A stretch of DNA of 64,000 nucleotides from Owenia fusiformis (taxonomy: Eukaryota), in contig CAIIXF020000001.1 in the NCBI GenBank assembly GCA_903813345.2, positions 35,402,001-35,466,000 on the forward strand. Direction: 5' to 3'. The notes under the pieces are model-generated. The model did no database searches. It had not been told where the DNA came from and was given only the letters and a program-made list of their open reading frames with translations. How positions within the stretch are numbered: position 1 is the first letter of the stretch; every line of letters starts with the position of its first letter. The translations under genes were made by a program, and so were the position numbers. Shown piece by piece: positions 37,101 to 52,100 of this stretch.

Positions 37101-40100
37101 ATGGTTCTGTTTATGTGACACACATTGGGCAATGCGAAATATTAAAAGGCAAATATAAATGACTTACATAGTATACTGTAGTACATTGTAACAAATCTCC
37201 AACCTTTGATAAACACATTTTTATTCAGGACTGCCCATGGTGATAGCTTAAGAGTGACCCAGTATTTGACCAGGGTTTGTTCAAACAAATAGGCCGGACA
37301 TTGAAATGGCATTCGTGTTAAAAAATACCATCAAATATCATTGTTTTTTTGCCCTTCCTGATTTAAATTATTTTCCCATAGAATCTTGCTTTGATAACTG
37401 ACAAAATCTTTATACTTACTTCATCAATGCCATCCTTGTTGACACGTAGATTCTGGAGTCGTTGTCTTAACATATCTATATCACTGTGCTTAAATGGGCA
37501 ACCTGCAATACCAATGGTATATATGCATTCATGTACAGTAACAGACCCAATCATAATTCAGCTGGAATGTATCTTCATGTTATAAAAGGTGCAGGAACCT
37601 CTTATAATTTACATGAACCTCTCATAGTTTTAAGTTTACATAAACCTCTTATAATTTACATGAACCTCTCATAGTTTTAAGTTTACATAAACCTCTTATA
37701 ATTTACATGAACCTCTCATAGTTTTAAGTTTACATAAACCTCTTATAATTTACATGAACCTCTCATAGTTTTAAGTTTACATAAACCTCTTATAATTTAC
37801 ATGAACCTCTCATAGTTTTAAGTTTACATAAACCTCTTATAATTTACATGAACCTCTCATAGTTTTAAGTTTACATAAACCTCTTATAATTTACATGCAC
37901 CTTTTATTTTATTTTATTATTATTTTTTTTTTAAACGGTACGTTTTATTTCATGATTAATTGCTTTTCTACTCTTTTTTTTTTTTTTTTTTTTTTTTAAA
38001 TCATGTATATATTTCTCATTTTATAACTTTGTATACAAGTACATCAGGTCATTTTACAATATTACAATATTTGTGAAAAATGATATAATTTCAATTCTTG
38101 AACATTATTACAATAGTTTACAAATATAACGTACCATAAGTTGTTTAACCATTCATTAAAATAAGTATAGTTAGTGTCTTGTACCTTATAGCCAAAGACA
38201 AGAGTTTTATACTTTTTCAAGCTTAATTCAAGTTTAAAATGATCTAAAATATAATTTTCAAGTTGGTCTATTACATTAAGTACTCTATGACATTGAAAGA
38301 ACAAATGTTTATAGTCTTCTACTTGTCCGCAAATATCACACTTGTCGTTAACACTTATTTTCCATCTTAGAAGTAATTGTTTGCATGGTAAAATATAATG
38401 TAAAAGTTTGTATTTAAAATTGGCCACTTTTTTATTTTTGGATTGCTTTAAAAGTATCCAAGTCTGTTGAAACAGCATTTGACTATTTTGAATTTCACAA
38501 AGATTAATCCAAAATGATTCCAAATATGTTTTAGTTGCTATATGTTCCAACAGGATTGAATATATGTCTCTAGAACTTGCATGTTTATCCAAAAATCTAT
38601 AATGCTTCAATTTACTGTCATAAAATCTTAAACTTACATTTGTATTAACATATGTACATCTGCTTGCCTCACTAAATATTTTAACTCTATATTGAAATGG
38701 CAAAGATTGCTTAACAGTTATATATTCTGCCATCCAATTGACCCTAGATTTAAGCTTATGAAGAATTTCATCTTGGGTACACATAAGATCATTAACATAT
38801 AATATATTTGAATTTATCCAGTTTTCAAAATACAAACACTTGTTATTGAAAGTTATGTCTTTATTGTGCCATATCACCATTTGTCTAATTTCTGCAAATG
38901 TTATGTTATCAATTTTGGATTCTGAGCCTCCAAGAATACTCCAAGCATGGAGTAAATCTTTGTAAAATTGAGGCAAGATATTAAAATTACAAATATTCTC
39001 TGGTTTTCCATAAGTAGATTTAAATATCAAAGTATCTGGGAGTCCAGTTTTACTTAATATCTCTCTTGCTAGAATATTCCAACTTGCATGTTTATTCCCA
39101 TACTCAATGTCTAATATCCATTTAATTTTAAAGGCCCTGAATTTAGATTTTAAGTCAGGCATTGAAAGTCCACCTTTAGACAAAGTATTAATTAAGACAG
39201 ATCTTTTAATTTTATCTCTTTTTCCATCCCACAAAAATGAATAAAGTTCTGAAGTAATTTCTTTCAAAAAAGTTTCATTTGGTGTGTCAATGCTTTTTGC
39301 AAAATACATCAGTTTAGATAATGCAAGTGTTTTAATGATAACTATTTTCCCATAAAGAGTAATCTTGCGTTTTTTCCACAAAGACAATGACTTTCTCATT
39401 TTATCTGCTATACTATTCCAATTAAGATCATGCAATTTAGTTTGATCTATTCCAAAGTAGACACCTAATGATTTTACTTCCTGTTTCCAGGAAATATTAC
39501 AAAAAGTATTATTATTATCATTTTTAAAGTTACCAAGTTTTATACCTTCTGTTTTTTCTAAGTTAAGCTCTAAACCAGAAACAGTTCCGAAACGCTGTAT
39601 TTCTTTAATAGCTATATTAATAGAGTTTTTTCCATGAACAAAGAGAGTGGTGTCATCTGCAAGTTGACATATTTTGACTTCTTTGTTTCTTACTTTAATA
39701 CCTTTGATTCTAGAATTATTTCTAATATTGATTGCCATTGTTTCTGCTGCAATGAGATAAATCAAAGCAGAAATGGGACATCGCTGCCGAATGCCCCGAG
39801 ATACATCAAAATATGGTGATAAGTAACCATTATTAGCTACACAGCTTTGTATTCCATTATACAAGGTTTTAATCCACTGGATAAAATTAGTGCCAAAATT
39901 AAATTTCTTTAAAGCTTCTAGAGTGAAGTCAATTTCCAAACAATCAAAACATTTTGAAAAATCTGCAAAAATAATAGCAGAATCTAATGTTTTTCTATAT
40001 TTATTAGCATAATTGATAACGTCATTTATTAGCCTTATATTATATCCAATAAATCTTCCTTTAATATAGCCCTGTTGATCTTGATTTATAATAAGTGGTA

Positions 40101-43100
40101 ATATTTTATGAAGTCTCTGAGCTAAAATGTGGGCACATAATTTGTAATCTACATTAAGCATGGTTAAGGGTCTCCAGTTACTTAATATTTGGTTATCATT
40201 TTTCTTATGTAACAACTTTATAATGCCTAATCTCTGAGAGAAAATTAATTGTCCTTTACTGTAACCATAATTTAAAACATCAGTTATAATTGCTTTTCTA
40301 CTCTACATAATTGTTATAATAATACATGTATCTAAATACACGATACTAATACAGGCTTTACATTATATAAAAGGCTTTACATTAACATGATTTCTAACTT
40401 TTCATTAAAAAGGTACTTTAAATATGGGCTTTTAGGTTCTATCCCATACTGGGCAAACATCAACTCTTTAACAGCCTCTTCCAGTCACATCATCAATGGG
40501 ATAGGGGTTAAAGAAAAGATATTTGAATTTGAATTAATATTTAAATTGATTAAGAATTAGTTATTTCCTCATGCATTACATTCATATCTTCTGCCCTTTT
40601 GTACTGCAAAATGTCCAATCATCACTCCTTTGTCACTTCCTAATGTACATCATTCAAATTGCGTAATCTTGTTTTTTATATCTTATTAATGATTCATACA
40701 AAATCTTTATCAAATATCAATTTAAAAAAAATTATTGCCAAACATATGATTTTCAGCTATCGTGTAAATACATGTACTAAGCATCTTCATTGTCTTGGGC
40801 TGTCTAGGATAATACATTGCTAGCCAATACTCATATATGAAGATCTGTGAAGCTATTTTACATAAGACTGTGTGTATGAAACAAACAAAACAGGAAGTAC
40901 AGAAATATATGTTTGGCTTGGTATAATGGTGTGCTAAAAAGCAAGACATTTATAAATAAACAGACTTATTGCCTTGAAGTTGAACCTAATTTTTTAAAGA
41001 TATAAGCACCCATTGAAAGCAGAATACAAAAGGTATATTTACAAACGTTTCATATTTCAACAAATATGGACATTTCAATTGTGAATGAACATTTAATCAA
41101 AAGATAGATGTCACTGTATGATCCTGAAAGCAAGTGCCCCCTTTCTGTAGAGTCAGTTTCTATTTGAGATAATTCAAACTGTAAACTGCCATCTATATTT
41201 CTTAATAAAAACATTTATTCACACATATGTATGATTTATGTGTTGGACAATACACTGTAATTTTTTTAATAAATCATGACATCTATAATAATATTATTAA
41301 ATTATTTAAATAGAGTCCTTCAAAGTATAAAGCAACACAAAAGAAATGTGAATTTTAATCATGAAATGCAATTCACCAGGAATTGTTCATTTGGTTCATC
41401 ATTTAGACATTTTCTTATATATTCCCATTCACAACCTATTTTTTTCAACTAAAAGTACTCAGGTATTGACCTTGGCTTTCTTAAACCAATGATGCTTGTA
41501 AAACACATAAAATATGAATAAAAAAATAGACTTAGAAATAGTTTCAGGATTAAATAGACCCAATAATTCTGGTATGCCATTGTTATTCTTTACTTACATA
41601 GGTTTGTATATGACCATAACAAAGCCTAACATTTAAAAATGTCTGAATTTTGTTCCCTACTAACAAAACAAAACAAAACTCTGGTGAAAACTAGTGGGGA
41701 GCTCTATAAATTCTCAGCATACCATTACGATAAGAGTTCAATAATTTGTGACACTGTTAGAATAAGGTTTTTCATACTGATGTGGGAGTGGATATTATTA
41801 AATAAATTGTACCTTTTATAATTTGGGCTTGTTGTGTACTAGCTTACTAAGCAAGTACTTTTAAAAGCTTTAACATTTACAGTGTTTAACCTATGAGATG
41901 GGAACACAACACAACCTAATAAAGAATCCTTTTAGACCCAACATCATTAATAAGAAACTCACCATGAGCATCACCAGCAGCAGGTGCATTGGACATGATG
42001 ATCTTCATACAACTGTAAGGTGTATAGTCGGCTCTCTTGCCCTCTTTACCATAGTTGTGACGGATGTTGTATGAATATTGCTTATCAAACTGAAACAAGA
42101 TCAACATATCATTCAGTAACTAGAATTGTTCAAATGCATTTCCAATCTTTGCTTTAATAAGGCACGGGTGAATGATATCATTCACAAAAATTGGTCATCT
42201 TAAAATTCACCCAGCATGCCAAAAAACTAATCAGTTCTAGATTTTCAGACCATAGAGTATTGTAGATTATTTTGTACACATTCCAAAAACTTGCTTAGCA
42301 TTACAAATTTTCTCCTCTATTTTTCTTATCTAATCTGGTTTCTAAAAGACAAGTTATATTTTATTGAAGAATAAAACCTTTGATTTTACAAAGTTCACGA
42401 AGATTTTACCTTATCAGCATCAATATTTTTTGCGAATGACATCTTCCAGAATCTCATTGCTTCATCTAAGGACATTCCTATAGCTTTTAAGAAGAGGCCA
42501 TACTGTTGCCTGCCACCATGTTTAAGATGGTGCTCCTGTTTTAGGTGGTCTTGCATCTGACGCATACACAATGGGAAATGTTTCTCAGAGAGCTATAAAT
42601 CAAGAATGTATTTAGGTTTATCAATTGTAACAACAAGCTTTTCAAAGGAAGTTTAGATCTCCTGTTGAATGTGTTTCATTTTCTCATTAATTGAAATGGT
42701 ACAAATACTGCTTGTTGCACATTTTATATGACCTTTAAGGTCTCAACCCCCTGCCCTCTAGATTCATGCACCCCATAGGAAGGTAATTCCACCAATCTTC
42801 ATCCCTCTCATTTCAGACTCACTTACCCCATTAACCATATCTGCTGTAACTTCTCCAGTGGTTGATTTCTTGTTATTGTAATCCTGTCCAAGATACCTCT
42901 TACTAAGGCTGGTCAACATGGGTAACAACCTGTCATCTTCCTCTAAGTGAGGTACAGCACGTGATGTCACCTAGACAGTTTAGGATAAACAGATGTAAAA
43001 ATTTCCATTTTTAAGGAATAATTCAGGCTGTCTTAGGGTGGGTTCTTGCCTCTTAGATTGAGACATGGTTCATATACTTAACATGGTGATACTGTTTTCT

Positions 43101-46100
43101 CTCTCTTGATTTTGTAATCATTTTGGGGAGATCCATGCTTAGAGGAACTATAGGTTCATGGTTCAAGTAATTCAAGGAGGAGCAGAATTATTTTACATCA
43201 GATGATAATCTCATAATTCATACATCATCTGATGTATCATCATAATTCTCTAACAACTAAAGCAACTATTTCAAAACTTTAATGCGTAAAATGATAAGAG
43301 TAAAAAGTAATTTTAAAAACGATTTTTAATTAAAATGCCTTACTGCTAATGCATGTGACAGATGCAGTCTGTATGATGTGAGGACCAATGAGACAAGATC
43401 ATGGTGAGGTACATAGGCGTATCCATCTTTGACGTAGCAACGTCTTGCACGAACAATGTCTAGGGCATCAGTGAATGGAACCTACAAACATAATTCAAAT
43501 TAACAAATCTTCATTCACAATAAAATGAAGAAATCTAAAGAAGTGAGATATTTTAAAAGCATGTCTTCTAAACATTAATGTTTAAAGTTATAAGAATCTC
43601 AAAGGAGCTATACTAACTTCTAAGGCACTTTTTGGTTTGAAAGCCCATACTTATAGCTTGGATGGACCTTACTACATTATACTGCTTTCTGTTTAAACTT
43701 TTCACTTTAGGCCATTATTTCTATGATCCCTCATAATATCACTACATTTCAAATTGACCTCATTCCTTCTTCATAAAATACAACTTAACATTTCTTGATA
43801 CTTTAAAATAAAAAGTTGCCCTCTTTTATGAAGAAATTGATGTACAATGATACAATAAACTAAATTTGTGGATGTACTTCAATACATATTGACTTTGTCC
43901 ATTACCTTATAGAACTCTGTTCCTGACACTTTCACTGTTGTCATATCAAATGTAGAATCAGAAAGTTTGAATCTTAGTTCATTTTTCTCAGATTCACTGA
44001 TAGGTTGGTAGTTAAGGTTGTTACTACGTAGAAAGTCTTCTATAGACTCAGCATCCTCGTTACAAAATCTGAACCTAAACAAGTCCATCTCCTGGGTCAT
44101 AAACCATCTCTTCAAGTCCTCCCTGCAATGCACAAATGGTTCTAATGAATAGAGATAATTATAAGCTCTTCTGTTTGCAGGGATGTTATGAAGTGGCCCC
44201 TTCTCCATCATATTCTGTAGCATATCTCACGAGGGATGAACCCCATATCCAAACCGACCGTACATAACTGCTTTATCCTATACCAAGTAGAGTTTTCTAA
44301 TTTCCTTTCGATTTTTTCAATTTTTTTCACATTTTTCTAATTTTTTTCAATTTTTTCAATTTTTTTCAAATTTAAATTTTTTTAATTTTTTTTCACATTT
44401 TTTCTTTTTTTTCAATTTTAAAAAAAAAATTAAATTTTTTTTCGAAGCGGGAAGATATGCGCTGGAGCGGGAGATATGGCGGGAGATATGGAGGTTCAGG
44501 ATATGGAAACCTCAATACGGGATATATCTTACCAACTTCTCTCCCTTAAACTCTACTTGGCATAGGATAATGCATCTTCTATGAGGTTGGCCATACTGGC
44601 CAGCCAATTCAGGTATCAGCCCATAGTAGACAAAACCTCTTTCTAACAGTTTAATATCATGAATAACATAGAACTTAATGCAAAACTTTGGGAGACAAAG
44701 CAGTAAAACAGTACTTACGATCTGCAATAGGCAAGGCGCAGAATAAAATGTGATATGTAGTCCCATCTGGAATCTTCTGCATCCCAATGCTTCACCTGAA
44801 GTACATGACATAACTTTGTAGTTTATGAAATCAAACTTTATCAAAATACAATTACAGAATTTTCAAGTTACATCTTTCTTATCATTATTTCAGTATCAAA
44901 TATAGCTTTTAAATTACCAGCTGTATTGACCCTTTTTTAAAATCATGTATAGCTTTTTCAATTACCAATGTTTTAATTGTTCTAAGTAAATCTTCTTTTT
45001 TAACAATTAGATTTTCAATTTTTGATCATTTGTAACATTTACATCATCAAGAAGTGGTCAATGTCATCTTTTAAATGTGAGTTACAAAAGTTACAGATGT
45101 CAGAGTTTTCTATGTTACATTTCTTCAAATAAATATTATGAAGGTAAATGCCATGTAACATTTTTCATTGAATTACCAAAAGGGTAGTATCGGTTGTACA
45201 TTCGAAAAATGAGACCAGACTCTATCATTTACAGGGTGGTCCAAAAAAGTGAGCCCTTGCAACCGGCTATATTTCCCTGCAGGAATCCTTTCATAGTTTC
45301 ACATGTTGTAGAGGAAGGTCTAAAATTGTTGTTGGTACTATACATTTTTCTTAGTATTGAAATTTGCAGAAATTATAAGCCCTAACGAAACATCACTGAA
45401 AATGGGTAAAATGTGAACTTCAATATCTGCGATTCTTCAACCCTTCAACAATCTTCCCATGGAAATCTTTTAAGCCAGAGTCTGGGAAACCTAATGTTTT
45501 CTGACTTAGTTTGGTTTTGAAACCCACACAATATGATGTAAAAATTAGCGTCATACCTCTGTTAGTTGCAAAGTTATTATGATCAAAAGAAATGTTCAAT
45601 GTTTCCAAAGACGAGAACATCTTCCAGTGAAATCAACAATTTCCGTCAATCACATCAGTAAAATTCATGCATGTATTAAGGAAAATATAGCCCGTTGCAG
45701 GGGTTCACTTTTTTTGGACCACCCTATAGAATCTCATTAAATTTTAAGTTACACTTTCTTTTTAAAACAATTTTTGTTCTCACAATTCTTGTGTTTAATA
45801 GATGGTTCTCTATGCCCTTAAAAATAATTTTGTACATGGTGTTTCCCTTTCATATTTAATAAAAAGATCTTGTTGTTTTAAGTGCATTATATTGAAGAAT
45901 TGTTTGACCAGTTCTCCCTATTTTCTGGACAATGTTATCATAGGTTAACATTTCCCTATCCTGTACAACATCTGAAATATTTATAATGCCCTTTTCAATC
46001 CAGTTTTCAAAAAAATAATGGAGAATTATTGAGAGAATTTATTACATTTTCATTGTTGCAAATAATGCACTCATTTTTAAAATCATTGTGTTTCAACCAT

Positions 46101-49100
46101 ACTTGTAATACATTTTTATAAAAATTGCTCAAGTTAGTCAAACCTTTAACTTTGTAGACTTAGGACAATGTACAAATAGTTGCAACCCATTTGGTTTGCT
46201 ACCAGAGCTTATTTTTACCTTCCAGGCTTCCACTGATTATTGCATTTAATGCAAAATGATAAGCTTTTGTTTAACACATTTTAAGAATGCATTTTTTGAG
46301 GATGAATCAGTGCAGGAAAATTCACATCATTTGTATCTTATACAATGGGATTATTTTTACTAAATTAATGTACTTACAGGTTTTGTCAGACATCTCCTTA
46401 GGTTTATAAGGGAGTCTGTTATGGCTTTTTTGTAGTTTGCAGTCCCTTTGAGATGTTTTGCACCAACCTTTTCAATCTCATTCAGCACTGGAAAGCAGTG
46501 TTGAAAATTTTACTACAATTCTGATTAATGTAACATTGTAGCATAATATTTGACAACATGTGAATAATCAATGACAGGCAGTGGCCACAGGGCATAGCAG
46601 AGAATACACATATGTACATCGTGTATGTAAAATTAATGAATACCAGTGGCGGATAACAGACCAAAGGCGTAAAAACTGAAAGGCGATCTATTTTCCTTTT
46701 TTCCTTTTTATTGGTGTCAGCGGTGGGATTGTGTAATGACACTCGATAGCAAGTTGCTACTAGTGCCCAGCTGTAGTGGCTAGTCCCCATTAACTCAAGC
46801 AGTAGAGCATCAGTCTATAGTTTAAAACAAGAACACAAATGTGTACAAAATGTCCCCACCTATGGGTGATCCCGTCAAATGGTTATCCTAAAAATGAGTA
46901 GACAAGACTTTACCGACACAATCTGAGGACAGAAAATCCAAAATGGCCACCTTAAAATTTACCCAGAATGCCCAAAAATTAGTCAGTTCTAGATTTTAAT
47001 ACTAAGAACCACCCCTGAAAATTTGAAATTGATCTGTCACACAGTTAACAAGAAAACATATAAACAAGACTTTACAGACAAGATTTGAGAACAGAAAATC
47101 CTGAGAATGGCTGCCTTGACATTTATCCAGAATGACAAAAAACTAATCTGTTTTAGATTTTCATACTAAGAATCATCCCTGAAAATTTGAAATTGATCTA
47201 CCAAACTGTTCACCTGGAAATGCGTAGACAAGACTTAACAAACAAGATTTTAGGACAGAAAATCCAAAATGGCTGCCTTGACATTTACCCAGAATGCCCA
47301 AAAACTAATCAAATCTAGATTTTCATACTAAGAATCATCCCTGAAAATTTGAAATTGATCTACGAAACGGTTCACCTAAAAACGCATAGACAAGACTTTA
47401 CAGGCAAGATTTTAAGACGGAAAATCCAAAAATGGCTGCCTTGACATTTATCCAGAATGCCAAAAATTTTCATACTAAGAATCATCCCTGAAAAGTTGAA
47501 ATTGATCTACCAAACGGTTCATCTGGAAATTCGTGGACAAGACTTAAAAGACAAGATTTTAGGATGGAAAGAATCATCCCTGAAAAATTGAAATTGATCT
47601 ACCAAATAGTGCTTGCAACGGTAATGGATCTCACTGCCGGTAAATTTCACCTCCATTACCTTACCGTTACCGATAATCGTTGATACTGATAATGTTCCTA
47701 AAATCCCGGGGAAAAATCTGAAAGTGTAAAATATTTGGAAAAATCCTTAACGAAGCCGATTTCTCAGCTTGATTTCCCGCTCACATCAACTACAGTGGAT
47801 ATATTGTATCATCGTGTATCTCGTGTGTGATTGTGTATTGTTAGGAAGTCTTTGAAAGATAATATAGAGTGAATTCGATCAAAATTGATCAAATTATTTG
47901 TGTTTGTTTTTACTTCACCGAAATATCACGTCACGTGATTTGTTAATCTCGCGGCATGGGAGATGATTGACAGAAGTGGGCGGGGTTTTGCTTATCCTCC
48001 CGCCTTTTACGAATGATTTGCAGTTGATTGACAGATTAGCTCTTCAAATGTGGAGATTGAAATATACATGATTGATAAAATATTCTTAAACGAACATTGT
48101 TTCGTAAATTTGACAATGGATCGCAATGCCAATCATGTTGCAGCAGCATGGCGATTATCGGCAATGGATTTTATTACCGGCAATTGAGAGTATCTACTGC
48201 CGCTGCCGACAATCCGGCATTACTGTAAGGCACTACTACCAAACGGTTCACCTGAAAATGCGTAGACAAGACTTTACAGACAAGATTTTAAGACGGAATA
48301 ATCCAAAATGGCATGCTTTCAAAATCGAGAACGAGACGACGTCTTTTTTAAATGAAAACGTTCAATATCTCATCAACAAGACAAGCCGTTACCATTTCAA
48401 TTCATGAAATATTAACAGAACGATTTTTAAAATATTACATAAATTTATTGAACGACGGCTTAAGATTTTACAATAGTTCATGGTATTCCAGATTTAAGTA
48501 AACTAAACTCCTCGTTTAACAAAAACATATAACACAACTAATAAATTAATTTTCAAATAGTAATGGCCTTGTGGGCGAGTATGACATTTATTCATCAGTC
48601 CATTACATCAAGCAACTATACATCTCGTTCCATACCACAAATCTCAACTTCTGTATGTTACTCTGAGCAACATTTTTGCTGACCGACAGCATCAGGGGCG
48701 GATCTGGGAACCAACAAGGGGGGGGGGCCCAAAGTTGTGGTCTGAGAAAAAAACGTCCGCGATTGCGCGGAAAAAAATTTTGGGCCCCAAAAACCCAAAA
48801 AGTGGGCCGAAATTTTGAAATTTTGAGGCCCATTTTCCTCAAAATTTAGCCAAAATTAACAAATAAGGCCTTACAAGGCCAATTTATGACCAAAAAGGCC
48901 TTCTTTTTGGGGCCTTAAAGCCTTTTTTGGTTCAAAATTTTTTTTGGGCACAATTTTTTTTTTCTGGGCCCACCCAAGGGGGGGGGGGCCCGGGCCCCTG
49001 GGCCCCCCCCCCATATCCGCCAGTGAGCATCGTATAATGTCATCAATATCAAATTCTGTAATATTCGCTTTGCACTATTAAGTCTATCAGTAAATCATAA

Positions 49101-52100
49101 AATTCTGTTTTGAGCAATAAGTAAAGGCGTAGTAGCATAGCTGACCGACAGCGTTACACTGACTCTATGAAAAACTGTGAATCTCAATATTTTGCTCTGA
49201 GCAATAAGTAAAGGCGTAGTAGCCAAGCTGACCGACAGCGTTATACTAAGCTGACTGACAGCGTTAGTGTACTTTTTCAACTGAATCAGTTCTAACATGA
49301 TATCCAAATGTTTTTTACTGTGTAAATACCTTAATAACAGGCGAGGTAGCCTTAGAATTACTCTAAAATGATTGGTAAGCTATTATCATTCCTGAACTTA
49401 CGGTAAGCTCGTAACAATTAATATTAATAAAACAAGTGTTATTACATGAAATAAACGAGGTTAAATCGAAAATCTCTCAACTTCTGGTGACCCAACCTTA
49501 ACCCCCTTTTTAAGGAGGGAGGAGGTACTCGACTTAAAGTCGGCCCCGTGATCCGAAATGAAGCAGAGTTACATACGAGGACTTCGATAAACGATTCACC
49601 TTTTCTTAACAATGCCATGTTTGGTATTTTGAAAATTTTACAAATATGAAAAATCTAAAAACATTGCCTGTGTAACTTTGTCATACCTCGCTTGCGTGTA
49701 AACCGAGAATGACCTTACATTACATACATAATTCACATGTCCATACGAAATACTCCAAGCGTGAATACCCTACTCACTTACCACCTACGATCACCCAAAT
49801 AAAAATGCTACACAGTAAACAATTCGCCTTCCGTAATACTTAAAGTAATTTTCAAACTGATTCGTTACTAGTGGAGCAACGATTGACTCGTGGACTCGAA
49901 TACTACTCGCCAAACCCTGTAAATACGATTCATCGATTGGTAAATTCTGACTCGAATTGAAAAAAAAATGAAAAAAATGATGAAGAAAATGTGATTTACC
50001 CACCTTTCAACCGCAATTTACGTAAAAAAAACACATCCAATGTACAACATTTCTGTACAATGTTTAACAATGATGCCTTCCTTAATATATAGCATTGTAG
50101 TTTAATACCTTAACTGAAATAATAAATCAAATACGATAGGCTTTCTCGTGTTTGTTTTTATTTATTGATTACATCCGGTTGCGCATGTGCAATGCAATAT
50201 TTAACGAGGTCAAACCAATTAGCGTAAATTGTTAAATTATTTACTTTTCAATGCAAAACAAGAACATATAAAGTGTATTGAGTTATTCTATTTGAATAAT
50301 TTGATGGGTATGTTGGAGTTATTCAAGGTAGGTTGAGCCGAGAACACTTGTACCGGAAGTGAAAGTTTGTAACTTTCTGAAGAAAGTTTTTCTGAACTTT
50401 TTTCCAAAATCATTCATTTTAATCGCGAATAAATCGAGTGTTCAAGAGCCTCTACTCGAGTAGGATAATTCACACGAGTCCCACCACTATTCGTTACACT
50501 CAAACGTTAGAAAATCTATGAAATCACTTCTAGCTAAGAATTGGCTAGAGACTTGAGTAAGATGTAAGTAGAAATAATCTTGATTTACGTCATTAGATAT
50601 TCAGAATTCAGTCAAAGTGATGTCATATTTGAATTCTACATGTAAAAGTACATCTAGAAATATGGTTTCGAAAATTGTTTATCAACTTTGAAAATTTATA
50701 TTTTTTGAAAATGTGACTTTTAGTTCGGGTTGATTCCCCATAGACCCCATGTTACAAAATCATAAAAAGTTAAATATCTTTTCTTGTATTTGACAAATAC
50801 CATTTTCTTTTACTGGACATATTTTAATTTGCATAACTATTAGATACACAAGGGTTATATTAAAATTGAACCACTAAAATAGATGTAATTTTTTAAGTAA
50901 AGGGAACTTTCTCCTATACCCGCCATGCTATCTGACCCGAACGAGCCACCTGGTGGTCAAACTGGTAACTACCTACTCGCATCTGCGTTATTGACTGGAG
51001 GTCAAAACAGAACTCTGTTATCTTTGTTCGAAAAATGTCTAAAAATGCCACATTTTTTGTCGCTTCCTGTTTTGTCATTTCCTGTAAGTACCACTGCACC
51101 TAATTTCAGTAGGAAATTGTACATTACTCAATTGTGTTGCGTTGAAGTATTATAATGATGGAAATTCGTGTTGCCTTGATGTATGCCTGGCTGTACATAT
51201 GCTGTACATGCATTTTGCGTTGCAACAACGTGACAGAGAGGGGGCCGGTTATGAAATATCTTTGACTCGTCGCTTTTCCCTTCCTAGCTAGAATTGTTTT
51301 CATGGCCTGAGTTCGTCGCTAACATGCTAAATATAAGAGTTAGCTGACGTTTGGGAGTCTGACTTACAAAATTATAAAGCATCACCAACAGGTCTTACTC
51401 TATTAATCGACTAATACAGCAGATGGCTCATATTTCTACGTAAGATCACGCAGTTTCGTTCGTTGTGTACTTCACTTGAAATTGGTAATTTTAAATATTG
51501 ACTACTTCACTTAGCTTGGCGGATGTAGAACATTGCTTAATATTCTTTTAATTTTCACACCAGACATGCTTGGTTGACACGTCAACAAAGTAAAGTTCAA
51601 GGGTCAATGCGTTATTTCGTGATAACTACAACTACCAAAGGTGGTATGGTTTCATTGAGATTCGAGTTCTAACCTTTAGAAGGTAAGTCAGACTCCCAAA
51701 CGTCAGCTAACTCTTATATTTAGCTAGTCCAACAACATTAAACCTAGCCTGGGCCTCGTTTCTTATCTGACATGTCTTATGGCCCCGGCTAGGTCTAACT
51801 TCCATGATGATTTTGCCCTTAATGCGATCATTTAATCGTTCAGCAGGTTTCGACATGCGGAACTAATTAAACCGTAATAAGATGGTATCGTTACAGAAAT
51901 AATGTGATCAACGCATGCATACATACCTTATGAATAAATACAAATCATCACATACCCCCCTGTAACCTCATCGATGTATAATTATGAAAATGTAGGGAGA
52001 AGGCTTTTTCTTAGTTTAGAAAACTCTGTTCTGGTTCCGGTAACATCGAAATGGCAAATCCTTTCAGGAATAAACCGCCGTTAGCAACACTGAACGAAAC

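Noticed and set aside
40640..41100. Possible second decayed L1 3' end beside the young LINE
   Set aside because: Only a faint zinc-knuckle-like trace; not supportable without alignment.
46779..46822. tRNA-like 5' half (ccccattaactcaagcagtagagcatcag); similar weak signals near 37233 and 62382
   Set aside because: No complete cloverleaf or B box; at most decayed SINE heads.
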